DNA from: a virus
DNA length: 64,000 nucleotides
Direction: 5' to 3' (one strand)
Virus record (IMG/VR): IMGVR_UViG_3300044630_006441
Location: 81,197-145,196 of that record
A program made the translations under genes and the position numbers. This document shows positions 9,264 to 18,303 of this stretch, piece after piece; position 1 is the first letter of the stretch; every line of letters starts with the position of its first letter. A model generated the notes under the pieces. That model saw nothing but the letters and a program-made list of their open reading frames with translations. It did not search any database and was not told the DNA's origin.

Positions 9264-10913
9264 ATGTCTGCTAGCGTTTTTCGCAACAAGTTTTCAGAAG
9301 ATATCTTTAACTATAAGTATAGGCACGAAGGGTGCGAAACCTGGGAAAAATTGGCTGCGGTGCTGGTTGAGGATGTCTGTCGGCAGTGGATGACTGACGA
9401 CGAAAAAGAAGCCTTGACGCAAGCCGTTGCCCAGATGAAGTTTATACCCGGTGGTCGTTATATTTACTACGCCGGACGCCCCATCAAAGCCTTTAACAAT
9501 TGCTATCTTCTGCGAGCAGAATCTGACACGCGTGAAGACTGGGCTATGCTTAGCTGGAAAGCTGAAAGCTGTTTAGCTACAGGTGGTGGTATTGGTGTAG
9601 ATTATTCTATCTATCGCCCGAAGGGCACGCCCCTGAAGCGGACGGGCGGGGAAGCTTCCGGCCCCGTCTCCAAAATGCGCATGATCAACGAGATTGGTCG
9701 CGAGGTCATGCAGGGCGGTTCACGCCGATCGGCCATTTACGCCTCGCTGAACTGGCAGCACCAGGACATCAAGACCTTCTTGTACGCCAAAGACTGGCAC
9801 TCCATGAAGGTGCCGGGTACGGACAAGACGGTGTGGGATTGCAAAGTCGCTGACTTCAATTACCCAGCCCCGCTGGACATGACCAACATCTCCGCTAATT
9901 ACGACGATGCTTGGCTGAACCTGCCTGATCGCCACAACAACGAGATTTTTAAGATCAACTGCCGTCAGGCCATGGAGACAGGCGAGCCAGGATGGTCTTT
10001 CAATTTCGGCGACAAGCAGAACGAGACCTTGCGGAATGCCTGCACGGAAGTAACCTCCGAGGACGACTCGGATGTGTGCAACCTTGGTTCTTTGAACATG
10101 TCCCGCATTGAGACCGCCGAAGAGTTCCGTCAGATCGTGGAACTGGCCACCAAGTTCTTGATCTGCGGCACCATGGTGGCCCACCTGCCCTACGAGAAGG
10201 TCTATGATGTGCGGGCCAAAAATCGCCGTCTGGGCCTGGGCCTGATGGGGATGCACGAGTGGCTTGTCCAAAGGGGTGACCGTTATGAAGTGACCCCAGA
10301 GTTGCACAAGTGGCTGGCCATCTACCGGGACGAGTCCGACGCCGTGGCCAAGTCATTCTCGGCTCACCTCAGCATCAGCGAGCCTGTCGCCAAGCGGGCA
10401 ATCGCCCCCACCGGCTCCATCGGTATTCTGGCCGGAACCACGACCGGCATCGAGCCTGTCTTTGCGGTGGCCTACAAGCGTCGTTACCTGAAGAACGGCA
10501 CCCAATGGCACTACCAGTATGTGGTGGACAGCGCCGCCAAGGATCTGATCGAGCGATACGGTGTCGATCCCCACAAGATCGAGTCCGCCATCGATCTGGC
10601 CAAGGACTACGAGCGCCGCCTGAAGTTCCAGGCCGACACCCAGGATTATGTTGACCAGTCTATCTCGTCGACGATCAACATGCCCAGCTGGGGTTCGGAA
10701 CTGAACAACGAGGACAAGATCGACGACTTTGCGTTGACCCTGTCCAAGTACGCCCCCCGCCTGCGCGGCTTCACCGTTTACCCGGATGGTGCCCGCGGTG
10801 GCCAGCCCCTGGTCTCCGTCGACTACGACGAAGCAGCCAAGCAGCAGGGCGTGGAATACCTGGAGCATGATGTGTGTGTGATTGGCGGCAAAGGCGGTAC
10901 TTGCGGCAGTTAA
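9264..10913 (+). CDS. nrdJ: Ribonucleotide reductase, class II (adenosylcobalamin-dependent)
   Basis: PGGR..FNNC, GGGIG.DYS, GGSRRSA, NACTE (N-x-C-x-E), CNLGS, APTGS..GIEP, C-terminal Cys pair; no beta subunit adjacent. Confidence 0.85.
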   Translation: MSASVFRNKFSEDIFNYKYRHEGCETWEKLAAVLVEDVCRQWMTDDEKEALTQAVAQMKFIPGGRYIYYAGRPIKAFNNCYLLRAESDTREDWAMLSWKAESCLATGGGIGVDYSIYRPKGTPLKRTGGEASGPVSKMRMINEIGREVMQGGSRRSAIYASLNWQHQDIKTFLYAKDWHSMKVPGTDKTVWDCKVADFNYPAPLDMTNISANYDDAWLNLPDRHNNEIFKINCRQAMETGEPGWSFNFGDKQNETLRNACTEVTSEDDSDVCNLGSLNMSRIETAEEFRQIVELATKFLICGTMVAHLPYEKVYDVRAKNRRLGLGLMGMHEWLVQRGDRYEVTPELHKWLAIYRDESDAVAKSFSAHLSISEPVAKRAIAPTGSIGILAGTTTGIEPVFAVAYKRRYLKNGTQWHYQYVVDSAAKDLIERYGVDPHKIESAIDLAKDYERRLKFQADTQDYVDQSISSTINMPSWGSELNNEDKIDDFALTLSKYAPRLRGFTVYPDGARGGQPLVSVDYDEAAKQQGVEYLEHDVCVIGGKGGTCGS

Positions 10914-10933
10914 CGCAATATTAAATCCAATCG

Positions 10934-10971
10934 CCAGAGGCCCGATCGAGTCATTCGGTCGGGCTTTCTGG
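10934..10971 (+). terminator. Rho-independent terminator
   Basis: GCCCGATCGA-gtcat-TCGGTCGGGC stem followed by TTTCT. Confidence 0.7.
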
Positions 10972-11011
10972 TTACTATCCGGTAGGACTCAATACCCACA
11001 CAGGAATTGTC

Positions 11012-11521
11012 ATGAGCAGCAAGAAACGCCAGTCGCCCCTCGAAGCTTTCATTTCCGAAGTCGAAGCCTATGTGAAATCCTTCGATCCACCCGTTCAATC
11101 GATGCCCGAAGAAAAGGTGGAGCAGGCTCTGGACGCCATCCGGAATGAGATTTTCAATGTCCTGACCAAGGCCTCGGAGGGGTATGACGCTCCTGAATCC
11201 GCCCGCAACAACGCCCGGAAGGTCCTCAAGTGGAAAGAGAAGTACGGCAAAGAATGTCGTGGTATGACCGCTGTTGGCTGGGCGCGGGCGAGGGATCTGG
11301 CGAATGGGGCCAAGCTGTCAGCGTCGACGGTGAAAAGGATGGCCAGCTTCAATCGCCATCGGAGCAATTACGAGAAGGCCCGCAACAAGCCCGAAGCAAA
11401 GAGTAAGCCGTGGACCATCCCGGCCATCGTGGCGTGGCTCGGGTGGGGCGGGACCTCCGGCGTGGAATGGGCGATCCGCACCTCCCAGTCGATCCAGAAC
11501 AAGTCCAAGAAGAGGAAGTAA
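11012..11521 (+). CDS. Conserved phage protein (basic helical domain)
   Basis: G.T.VGWARARDLANG..LS..TVKRMASF.RH...AWLGWGG..G..WA motif, recalled from phage head-associated proteins. Confidence 0.6.
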   Translation: MSSKKRQSPLEAFISEVEAYVKSFDPPVQSMPEEKVEQALDAIRNEIFNVLTKASEGYDAPESARNNARKVLKWKEKYGKECRGMTAVGWARARDLANGAKLSASTVKRMASFNRHRSNYEKARNKPEAKSKPWTIPAIVAWLGWGGTSGVEWAIRTSQSIQNKSKKRK

Positions 11522-11523
11522 CC

Positions 11524-12258
11524 ATGCACAAGATCGCCTTCATCGTCCCGACCTCCCAGTCTGCCGACATCAGCGGATTCCTCAATGCGTTGACCAAGCA
11601 GGTTGCCGACAAGAATCCTGATCTGAACTACGAGATCGTCGTGGTTCGTCAGGCGGAAGAGAGGGCGCTCAATGCTGGCTGGTTGTGCAATGTCGGCGTG
11701 CAGGTGACTGACGCCGCCTACTTCGCCTTCCACTCCCCTGACCTGATCCCCGGCAAAGATGCTGACTATCACCTTGAGGACGCATTTGTCCAGATGGGGG
11801 AGGTGCAGATCATGCCGATGGAGATTTACAGCCAGGTGAACGGGTATTCCAACGGATACCCCGGCACCAATGTCCACACCGGGGACATGTTTGACCGCTG
11901 CATCCGAAATGGCATTTTCATGGCACGCCGCGAGGCCACCTTCCCTCCGTTGGCGCAAGATGTCATGGAGCACTTCAAGGCCAGCAAGCGGGTGAGCACG
12001 GCCTATGACCGTTCCAAGGACGGCATGAGCAACCTGTTCTACAAGGTCATCTCCACCAAGCAGCTGGATGCCTTCAAGGGCAAGGAAGTCCTGGTGACCT
12101 CGCTGGATGTCCAGGTCGAACCCGTGGCGACCACGACAACCACGGAGGCGCCCACCACGACCCAGGCTCCTCCGGTTATTGAAACATTGGACACGGAAGA
12201 ATTCCATACTTTCTGGCGCACGCGAGGGGAAGAAGATGGGGCGGAACCAGGGATTTGA
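11524..12258 (+). CDS. GT7 (beta-1,4-galactosyltransferase)-like protein, degenerate
   Basis: KIAFIVP, LNAGWLCNVG, FHSPDLIP (for HDVDL.P), VNGYSN; Thr-rich tail. Confidence 0.6.
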   Translation: MHKIAFIVPTSQSADISGFLNALTKQVADKNPDLNYEIVVVRQAEERALNAGWLCNVGVQVTDAAYFAFHSPDLIPGKDADYHLEDAFVQMGEVQIMPMEIYSQVNGYSNGYPGTNVHTGDMFDRCIRNGIFMARREATFPPLAQDVMEHFKASKRVSTAYDRSKDGMSNLFYKVISTKQLDAFKGKEVLVTSLDVQVEPVATTTTTEAPTTTQAPPVIETLDTEEFHTFWRTRGEEDGAEPGI

Positions 12259-12475
12259 GGTTGGGGATGTTGTCTGCCTGAACAGCGGCTCGCCTCCGAT
12301 GACCGTCATCTCGTTCTCAAGCGATGATGGTCTGGTGCTGGCTTACGCCGACCTGAACGGCAACATGATGCGGGAAAGCCTCCCCCGCCAAGCTGTCAAT
12401 CTGACCGAGTCGCGCTGGTGTCTTGATGTCACCAATGCCGATGTCGATTACGACGACGAGGAAGAGGACTACTGA
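12236..12475 (+). CDS. YodC/DUF2158-like small protein
   Basis: FEVGDVVCLNSGSPPMTV. Confidence 0.7.
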   Translation: MGRNQGFEVGDVVCLNSGSPPMTVISFSSDDGLVLAYADLNGNMMRESLPRQAVNLTESRWCLDVTNADVDYDDEEEDY

Positions 12476-12849
12476 TGCCAACCTACGATTATCGCTGCAA
12501 TAGCTGCGGTTACGAGTTTGAGCTTTATCAGTCGTTTAACGACAAGGTCAAGCGGACCTGCCCAGACTGCAAAAAGAAAACACTTGAGCGTTTGATCGGG
12601 TGCGGGCTGGCTGGTTTCTGCCAGCAGGAAGCGACCACGATTGGCCAGCTTGGTGAACGCAACGCCAAGGCTGCTGGGAAGGCCAAGGTCGAAGAACTTG
12701 GGGCCAAACAGGAAGCAGACAACAAGAAGGCCCAGCAACTGCTGGGTAAAGAGCCTGGCAAAAAGCCGTGGTGGCGCACCACCGACAAGCCTCTCGACCT
12801 CAAGAAAATCAAGAATGTCAAGAAGTATATCGAGGAAGGGAAAGGCTGA
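12475..12849 (+). CDS. FmdB-family zinc-ribbon protein
   Basis: MPTYDYRCNSCGYEFE...CPDC. Confidence 0.85.
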   Translation: MPTYDYRCNSCGYEFELYQSFNDKVKRTCPDCKKKTLERLIGCGLAGFCQQEATTIGQLGERNAKAAGKAKVEELGAKQEADNKKAQQLLGKEPGKKPWWRTTDKPLDLKKIKNVKKYIEEGKG

Positions 12850-13064
12850 TGTCTGTCACCCCCAACGATCCCACGAATCCGCACATCGCCGTGATCTATC
12901 TTTTTTCCGAAGTCCATGAGAGGTTGCCGGATGGTTCGGCCTCTGGCAATCCCGTGGAGAAGAAAAGGATGACCCTTCACCTGAAGGGTGTTGACAGGTG
13001 GACTTGTGAGCGTCGATTGAACGAGGCCATTGAGGAACTGATGAAATGCTGCGCAACGTCGTGA
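12849..13064 (+). CDS. Hypothetical protein
   Basis: TGATG-coupled start MSVTPND. Confidence 0.6.
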   Translation: MSVTPNDPTNPHIAVIYLFSEVHERLPDGSASGNPVEKKRMTLHLKGVDRWTCERRLNEAIEELMKCCATS

Positions 13065-13378
13065 ACACGCAAACCCCAGCCAAGTTCGGCTTTCAGGATG
13101 GTGGCCATGTGATCCTGGAATGCTCCAGCTGCAACAAACCCCTGGTCGATGTGTGGTCGGTGCAGCCAGACCAGCCGTTTGAGTGGAAGGTCAAGGCCAA
13201 GTGCTGCTACTGCGGCGACTCCTCTTTCCAGAAGGAAGTGAAGGGGCTGTTCAGGTACTCCGGGGCGCAGAAGCCCAGCGAGACCGACACGGAAGACACG
13301 ATCCTGGTGACGCAGGTCACCCACCTTGAGGCCGACGGCCAGAATGTGCTCTTTTACACGGCACCAGGAGAGAAGTAA
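13046..13378 (+). CDS. Hypothetical zinc-ribbon protein
   Basis: CSSC and CCYC pairs. Confidence 0.65.
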   Translation: MLRNVVNTQTPAKFGFQDGGHVILECSSCNKPLVDVWSVQPDQPFEWKVKAKCCYCGDSSFQKEVKGLFRYSGAQKPSETDTEDTILVTQVTHLEADGQNVLFYTAPGEK

Positions 13379-13743
13379 TGGCACGCATTATTGACGAGGC
13401 CAAGAAGTTTCTGGAGCAGAAAGCCAACCCGATCGAGATCGTTTCCTACGACAAGAAGGCAAATCCGATCGATCCGGAAAATCACGGGTGTGTTGCGCGT
13501 ATTACTATTCACGAGAAGACGGGCCTTGAAAAATGCGAAGTGCGTGTCTGCACTCGCGGTATCGACTCCGGCCTGTTCTTCAATCCCCTCACGCACCATC
13601 ACGACGACCTTGTGCGGTTTGATAGCCACACCGGCAAGATGCGCTTTTGTTGGCGGGAAGTGAACAAGACCTCTTTCGACCAGTATGTCCAGTTTTTGCA
13701 AAGTGGGAACCAGGCCATGTTGCGCATGGCCCAGAGGAGCTGA
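13378..13743 (+). CDS. Hypothetical protein
   Basis: TAATG coupling, SD AGGAG. Confidence 0.7.
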   Translation: MARIIDEAKKFLEQKANPIEIVSYDKKANPIDPENHGCVARITIHEKTGLEKCEVRVCTRGIDSGLFFNPLTHHHDDLVRFDSHTGKMRFCWREVNKTSFDQYVQFLQSGNQAMLRMAQRS

Positions 13744-13745
13744 TC

Positions 13746-14051
13746 ATGGCTAAGAAGAAAGTGGAAGCCAAGACCCTGTCCAAGGCCGAACATTATTACC
13801 TGGAGTCTCTGGCGGGCCTGAAGAGCCTGGCCGAAGTCGCAGAAGACCTCGGCTGTCAGCCTGAGCAGATTGCCGACGCCTACAAGAAAGCGAAGGCCAA
13901 GTCCCCCGGCAAGTTTGGTCGCCCCTCCCAAGGCGTTACCGTGATGACCGAGGCTGCCGCCATCGAGGGAGACGAACACGGCAAGGCCAACCGCGCTGGC
14001 AACCAGTTCATGACCCGCTACGCCAAGGATCTCTACCGGGGTGAGGCATGA
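13746..14051 (+). CDS. Hypothetical protein, possible HTH
   Basis: SLAEVAEDLG segment; SD GAGGAG. Confidence 0.65.
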   Translation: MAKKKVEAKTLSKAEHYYLESLAGLKSLAEVAEDLGCQPEQIADAYKKAKAKSPGKFGRPSQGVTVMTEAAAIEGDEHGKANRAGNQFMTRYAKDLYRGEA

Positions 14052-14458
14052 TTTGGGGGACATTGGAGCAGGTATTGGCCAATGTCACGCTGGACCGCGC
14101 TTTTCTCCTGATCGAACTAAGTGATGGCAGCTTTGCTGTCGTCGAAGGGACGAACGAAGACTGGGAAAAGCTAGATAGTATACCACAAAAGATAACAAGA
14201 GTTTGCGTGCGCTTCAGGTCTTCCCGGCTGGAAGTCAGCCCCCCAAACGCCAAGGGATATTTCTTCCGGCCCGGGGTGGGCGCTTCGCTGTCGTCGCAAA
14301 TTCAACAGTACAACCTGTTTGTTGTTGGGCATCTTGAAGAAGATGGGGAAACTGTACAAACCTTTAGCGTGGTTGTGCCTGAACTTTTGGTTGTGAATTC
14401 TGACCGGCGTGATCGTCACGATCCAGAAACTGTCGGTTCGTCCTTGATAACATCCTAG
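14048..14458 (+). CDS. Hypothetical protein
   Basis: ATGA overlap, 136 aa. Confidence 0.65.
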   Translation: MIWGTLEQVLANVTLDRAFLLIELSDGSFAVVEGTNEDWEKLDSIPQKITRVCVRFRSSRLEVSPPNAKGYFFRPGVGASLSSQIQQYNLFVVGHLEEDGETVQTFSVVVPELLVVNSDRRDRHDPETVGSSLITS

Positions 14459-14497
14459 CCATCGACCTATCCTCTCACCTGAGGGGCGGGAAATGGC
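14458..14497 (+). promoter_or_regulatory. RNA hairpin sequestering SD and AUG of 14493 gene
   Basis: GCCAT/ATGGC outer pair and CCTCTC/GAGGGG inner stem. Confidence 0.45.
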
Positions 14498-14951
14498 AAA
14501 GAAAGCTTCCGAGCATAGTCGTTACGAAAGCCGTTACGGTGGTGGATGGGTTGCGCCGCAACAAATCCTCGCCGAGGTGATGTGTGAACGGCAAGCAGCC
14601 AAAGAGAAGACTTCTTTACCAGCCAAATTCTGGGAGTTGCCACGCTGGAAGAAGACATTTCTGCTCCAGCTTCGGTTGGTTCTCAAGCTTTTGGAAAAAC
14701 ATCATCCCTCTGTGATTTCCAGGGCCATCCGTTCACCGGAGGGTAAAAAGGTATTTTCTTTCGGTGCTCCTTTTTTCAAGGATGTGCTAGTTCGCGAGCA
14801 GGAAAAATACGATGCGGAAATAGCCAGTTTAGCTGCTGCCCCGCCACCACCGCCCCCGCCCGAACCAACCGCCGACACAGAAAAGCCAAGACCAGATTTT
14901 GCCCCCCGTCGTTCTTTGCGTAGTAAATTGGAGGATTTTGAGCGTGAGTAA
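14493..14951 (+). CDS. Hypothetical protein
   Basis: 152 aa, Pro run near C-terminus. Confidence 0.7.
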   Translation: MAKKASEHSRYESRYGGGWVAPQQILAEVMCERQAAKEKTSLPAKFWELPRWKKTFLLQLRLVLKLLEKHHPSVISRAIRSPEGKKVFSFGAPFFKDVLVREQEKYDAEIASLAAAPPPPPPPEPTADTEKPRPDFAPRRSLRSKLEDFERE

Positions 14952-17037
14952 GAGCAAGCAGGAAACCCACGACACGCAGTTGCAGAAGGAATTGGTCAAG
15001 CAGTACGGCGAAGGGGTGGCTGTCTCTGCTCGCGACATGCTTGAGGAAGAAAGCTCCAGGAAGATGGTCGTGCCGGTCGGCCCCGCATTGAATGTGGGTC
15101 TGCATGGCGGCATCCCCGAGGGATCTTGGATCACTTGTTCGGGCCAGCCGAAGACCGGAAAAGAGCAGCCTGTTTCTGCGACAGTCTACACGCCGAGCGG
15201 CCCCCGCAAGATTGGCGACATAGAGATTGGCGATGTCATCTGCCATCCGGATGGTGACACGGCAAATGTCGTTGGTGTTTTCCCCCAGGGGATTAAGCCG
15301 GTTTACAGGGTCACCTTTGACAACGGCGATACGGCCGAGTGCGGCTTAGAACACCTTTGGGAGGTTTCCGCAAGACTTCGCAAGAACACCGAGGTCATAC
15401 CGCTCAAGGAATTCAAGGATGATCTGTACTACAAGGAGAAGAGCAATCGCTGGGGGCAGAGGCCCAAGTGGCATGTCCGTTTGACTAGTGCTGTCTCGTT
15501 CCGTCCTCGTCCCGTGCCTGTGCATCCTTATGTCGTCGGACTCATGCTGGGCAATGGGTCGATGGGCGAAAAGCAGTTGTGTTTTTCTGCCGCTGATCGC
15601 GAACTGGCCGTGGCCGTGGCGGACCATACTGGCTGCGAGATCTCTGCGGTCAAAGCCAACAATTATGATTACCGGCTGACCGGGGCCAAGCAACTTAAGA
15701 CAGCCCTCAAGCGTTTAGGTCTGATTGGCAGGAATTCCCACACCAAGCATGTGCCCGACTGCTACCTGTACAATTCCGTCGAGGTGCGCCAGGCTGTTTT
15801 GCAGGGCCTGATGGACACCGACGGCACCGTCGACAAAACAGGCGCAGCAGAGTTTACCACCGTATCCCAGCGTTTGGCTGATCAGGTCAAGTGGCTGGTG
15901 CAATCGTTAGGCGGGCTGTGTTCGGTCAGGGCTTCACGGCGCATTTTCAACGGCAAGCTTTTCAGGTTTTATCGTTGCCATATTCGTATGGTCGACATGT
16001 CTTCGATTTTCCGCCTGCCCCGCAAGAAGAATCGTTGCCAGAAGCGCACGACCAACATGACCCGCAGGATTGTCGCCGTCGACTATGTGCGGGATGAGCA
16101 TTCGGTTTGCATAAAGGTTGACCGTGAGGACGGGCTTTATCTGACCGATCACTTCATCGTCACCCACAACACATCGACGGCCTTGTCCTTCGCCGCCCAA
16201 TGCCAGAAGCCGGAATACGGTGGTCGCCATGTTTATTACCTGAACATCGAGGGTCGTCTCAAGGAGATGAACCTGAAGGGGACCGCGGGCCTGAACCTAG
16301 ACAAGTTCACCATCTTCCGGTCCACCCCCGAACGCATCCTCACCGCCAAGGACTACCTGACCCTGGCGATGAAGTGCATCAACACCGACCCCGGCTGTCT
16401 GGTCATCATCGATTCCGTCTCGGCTTTGTGTGACGAGAAGGAAATGGATGAAGGTGTCGGCTACGAGAATCGTGGTGCTGGCAACAAAATCTTCGCTGGT
16501 TTCTGTCGACAAGCCTCCAATGTCGTTCCAGTCCGCAACTGCTTTGTCTGGGCGATCCTGCACCTGACGCAGTCGCAGGGCATGTACGGCGGTTTTGTGG
16601 AAAAGGGCAGTCGCACTCTGCAATACCAGGCTGATGTTCAGATGCGTGTCAAATTTGACCGCGCCTGGAAGGTCGGGTCGGGAGGCAACGAAAAACAGAT
16701 CGGCCAACAGGTCCATTGGCTGATCGAGTCCTGCGCCCTTGGCCCGCCCCAGATGGAAGTGGACAGCTACATCCGCTATGGCATCGGCATCGACCATGTT
16801 TACGAGGCCATCAACCTGGGCGCCCAGCTTGGTCTGATCGGCAAGGCCGGGGCGTGGATGAGCCTCGATTACATGGAGCGACACCTAGACCTGATGGGCG
16901 TCGACAAGTGGAACGATGAGGCGGTCAAAAGGGTCAAGACTCAGGGGGCCGAAAAGCTGTACAAGCTGCTCCAGGACAATCCTTCGTGGATTGCCGCCCT
17001 AGAGTCCGAAATCAACGCCATGCTGCGCCCGTCATGA
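14944..17037 (+). CDS. recA: RecA/UvsX-like recombinase containing an intein
   Basis: GGIPEG, Walker A GQPKTGK|T split by intein, Walker B IIDSVSAL, YG.GID, K.GAW; start GTG 14944. Confidence 0.85.
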   Translation: MSKSKQETHDTQLQKELVKQYGEGVAVSARDMLEEESSRKMVVPVGPALNVGLHGGIPEGSWITCSGQPKTGKEQPVSATVYTPSGPRKIGDIEIGDVICHPDGDTANVVGVFPQGIKPVYRVTFDNGDTAECGLEHLWEVSARLRKNTEVIPLKEFKDDLYYKEKSNRWGQRPKWHVRLTSAVSFRPRPVPVHPYVVGLMLGNGSMGEKQLCFSAADRELAVAVADHTGCEISAVKANNYDYRLTGAKQLKTALKRLGLIGRNSHTKHVPDCYLYNSVEVRQAVLQGLMDTDGTVDKTGAAEFTTVSQRLADQVKWLVQSLGGLCSVRASRRIFNGKLFRFYRCHIRMVDMSSIFRLPRKKNRCQKRTTNMTRRIVAVDYVRDEHSVCIKVDREDGLYLTDHFIVTHNTSTALSFAAQCQKPEYGGRHVYYLNIEGRLKEMNLKGTAGLNLDKFTIFRSTPERILTAKDYLTLAMKCINTDPGCLVIIDSVSALCDEKEMDEGVGYENRGAGNKIFAGFCRQASNVVPVRNCFVWAILHLTQSQGMYGGFVEKGSRTLQYQADVQMRVKFDRAWKVGSGGNEKQIGQQVHWLIESCALGPPQMEVDSYIRYGIGIDHVYEAINLGAQLGLIGKAGAWMSLDYMERHLDLMGVDKWNDEAVKRVKTQGAEKLYKLLQDNPSWIAALESEINAMLRPS
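15163..16170 (+). mobile_element. Intein (336 aa) with LAGLIDADG homing endonuclease, class-3-type WCT signature
   Basis: Begins EQPVSATVYTP; block B HLW; LAGLIDADG-like GLMLGNG and GLMDTDG; block F VCIKVD; ends VTHN followed by Thr. Confidence 0.85.
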
Positions 17038-17438
17038 AAGTGAAAGGCCTTGATGGGAGGACCTACACTTGGTCCTTCACGGGGAGGTCGCACTCCGGGG
17101 CCGAAACAGCCCCGGCCCGTTCTGGCCTGCATGGTCGGGTCAGATCCCTGCTGCGGAAGATCTACCCTGTCGACCGGATCATGGAGGAGGTGGGTCTGCC
17201 CGGGTCAAACGGCCTTCGGGTGGACTTCTACCTTCCCCTCCGCAACTTGGTGGTTGAGGCGCACGGCGAACAGCACTATCGTTTTGTGGCCCACTTCCAC
17301 GGCACCCTGATGGGGTTCTTGGAATCCAAAGCCAGAGACCAGAAGAAAATTGAGTGGTGCCTTCTGAATGGCATCCAGGTGATTGAGTTGCCTTACAACG
17401 AGGAGGATGAGCAATGGGAGAAGAGGTTGAGGGAGTGA
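17034..17438 (+). CDS. PD-(D/E)xK endonuclease (Vsr/DUF559-like)
   Basis: RVDFYLP...VEAHGEQHY...RDQKK..WC..NGI..IELPY. Confidence 0.7.
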   Translation: MKVKGLDGRTYTWSFTGRSHSGAETAPARSGLHGRVRSLLRKIYPVDRIMEEVGLPGSNGLRVDFYLPLRNLVVEAHGEQHYRFVAHFHGTLMGFLESKARDQKKIEWCLLNGIQVIELPYNEEDEQWEKRLRE

Positions 17439-17887
17439 AGTCTGCTTCCCAGTCTGCCGATGAGATGCTGGACAATTACGAGAAGCTGGTTCTTCCCGGC
17501 AATGACACGGGGGCGATGCGGTACATCAACGCCACCCAGCATGAACTGAACGCCATGTCTGCCGAGGAATGCAACGAGGCCGCTGTCATGTTGACGTGCC
17601 TGGCCTTCCATGTGGCCAAGGCTTGCAACAAATTGCGCGCAAAAATTCGCTATTGCAACGAAGCCATCCTCAAGTGTATCGCCAACAAAACGGCGAACTA
17701 CAGGTACAACTCCCCGGACGAGAGAAGGGCGTTGGCTATTCAGGAAGACGACTTTGCCGCCAACATGAAGAAGCAAGAGGTCTCTCTTTCTTGTCGGCTG
17801 GAAAGGATTGATTATTTGTCACTTCGGCTTGAAAAAGTAGCCGATATGTTTGCATCTTTGGCCGCAACCAAACGGAGACAGCAATGA
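17414..17887 (+). CDS. Hypothetical coiled-coil protein (possible recombination mediator)
   Basis: Helical protein between recA and dnaB; start could be GTG 17435; function is inference. Confidence 0.55.
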   Translation: MGEEVEGVKSASQSADEMLDNYEKLVLPGNDTGAMRYINATQHELNAMSAEECNEAAVMLTCLAFHVAKACNKLRAKIRYCNEAILKCIANKTANYRYNSPDERRALAIQEDDFAANMKKQEVSLSCRLERIDYLSLRLEKVADMFASLAATKRRQQ

Positions 17888-18303
17888 GCGACAAGGAGCT
17901 TTTGAAAAAGATGGCGATGGCCATGGCTTCCGAAGACTGGGCGACGGTTGCCCAAGTGGCTTCGCAGATGGCTGGCGGGACCACGACCGAACCCGCGCCT
18001 GAACCAAAGAAGGCGACCAAGGCCAAGAAGACGGCAAAGGTGGCGGAACAACCCGCCCCCGCGTCAACGAACCAGTTCAAGGACGACTTGTCTCTGGAGA
18101 AGGGACATATCGCAACAGACAGGAAGTTGAACAAGAAGATTCGTCCGGCAGCCCGCAGGCCCCCGTCCCAAAACCTGAGGATGGTCGATGTTGTCTGCCC
18201 AAAGTGCAACAAGACCCATCAGGTGACTGCGGTGCAGGCTTCGATGCGGCGAGACATTGATTCTGGGGTGGTTTGTGCTGGTTGTCTGAGGAGAGGGAGA
18301 TGA
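17884..18303 (+). CDS. Hypothetical zinc-finger protein
   Basis: CPKC...CAGC at C-terminus. Confidence 0.65.
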   Translation: MSDKELLKKMAMAMASEDWATVAQVASQMAGGTTTEPAPEPKKATKAKKTAKVAEQPAPASTNQFKDDLSLEKGHIATDRKLNKKIRPAARRPPSQNLRMVDVVCPKCNKTHQVTAVQASMRRDIDSGVVCAGCLRRGR

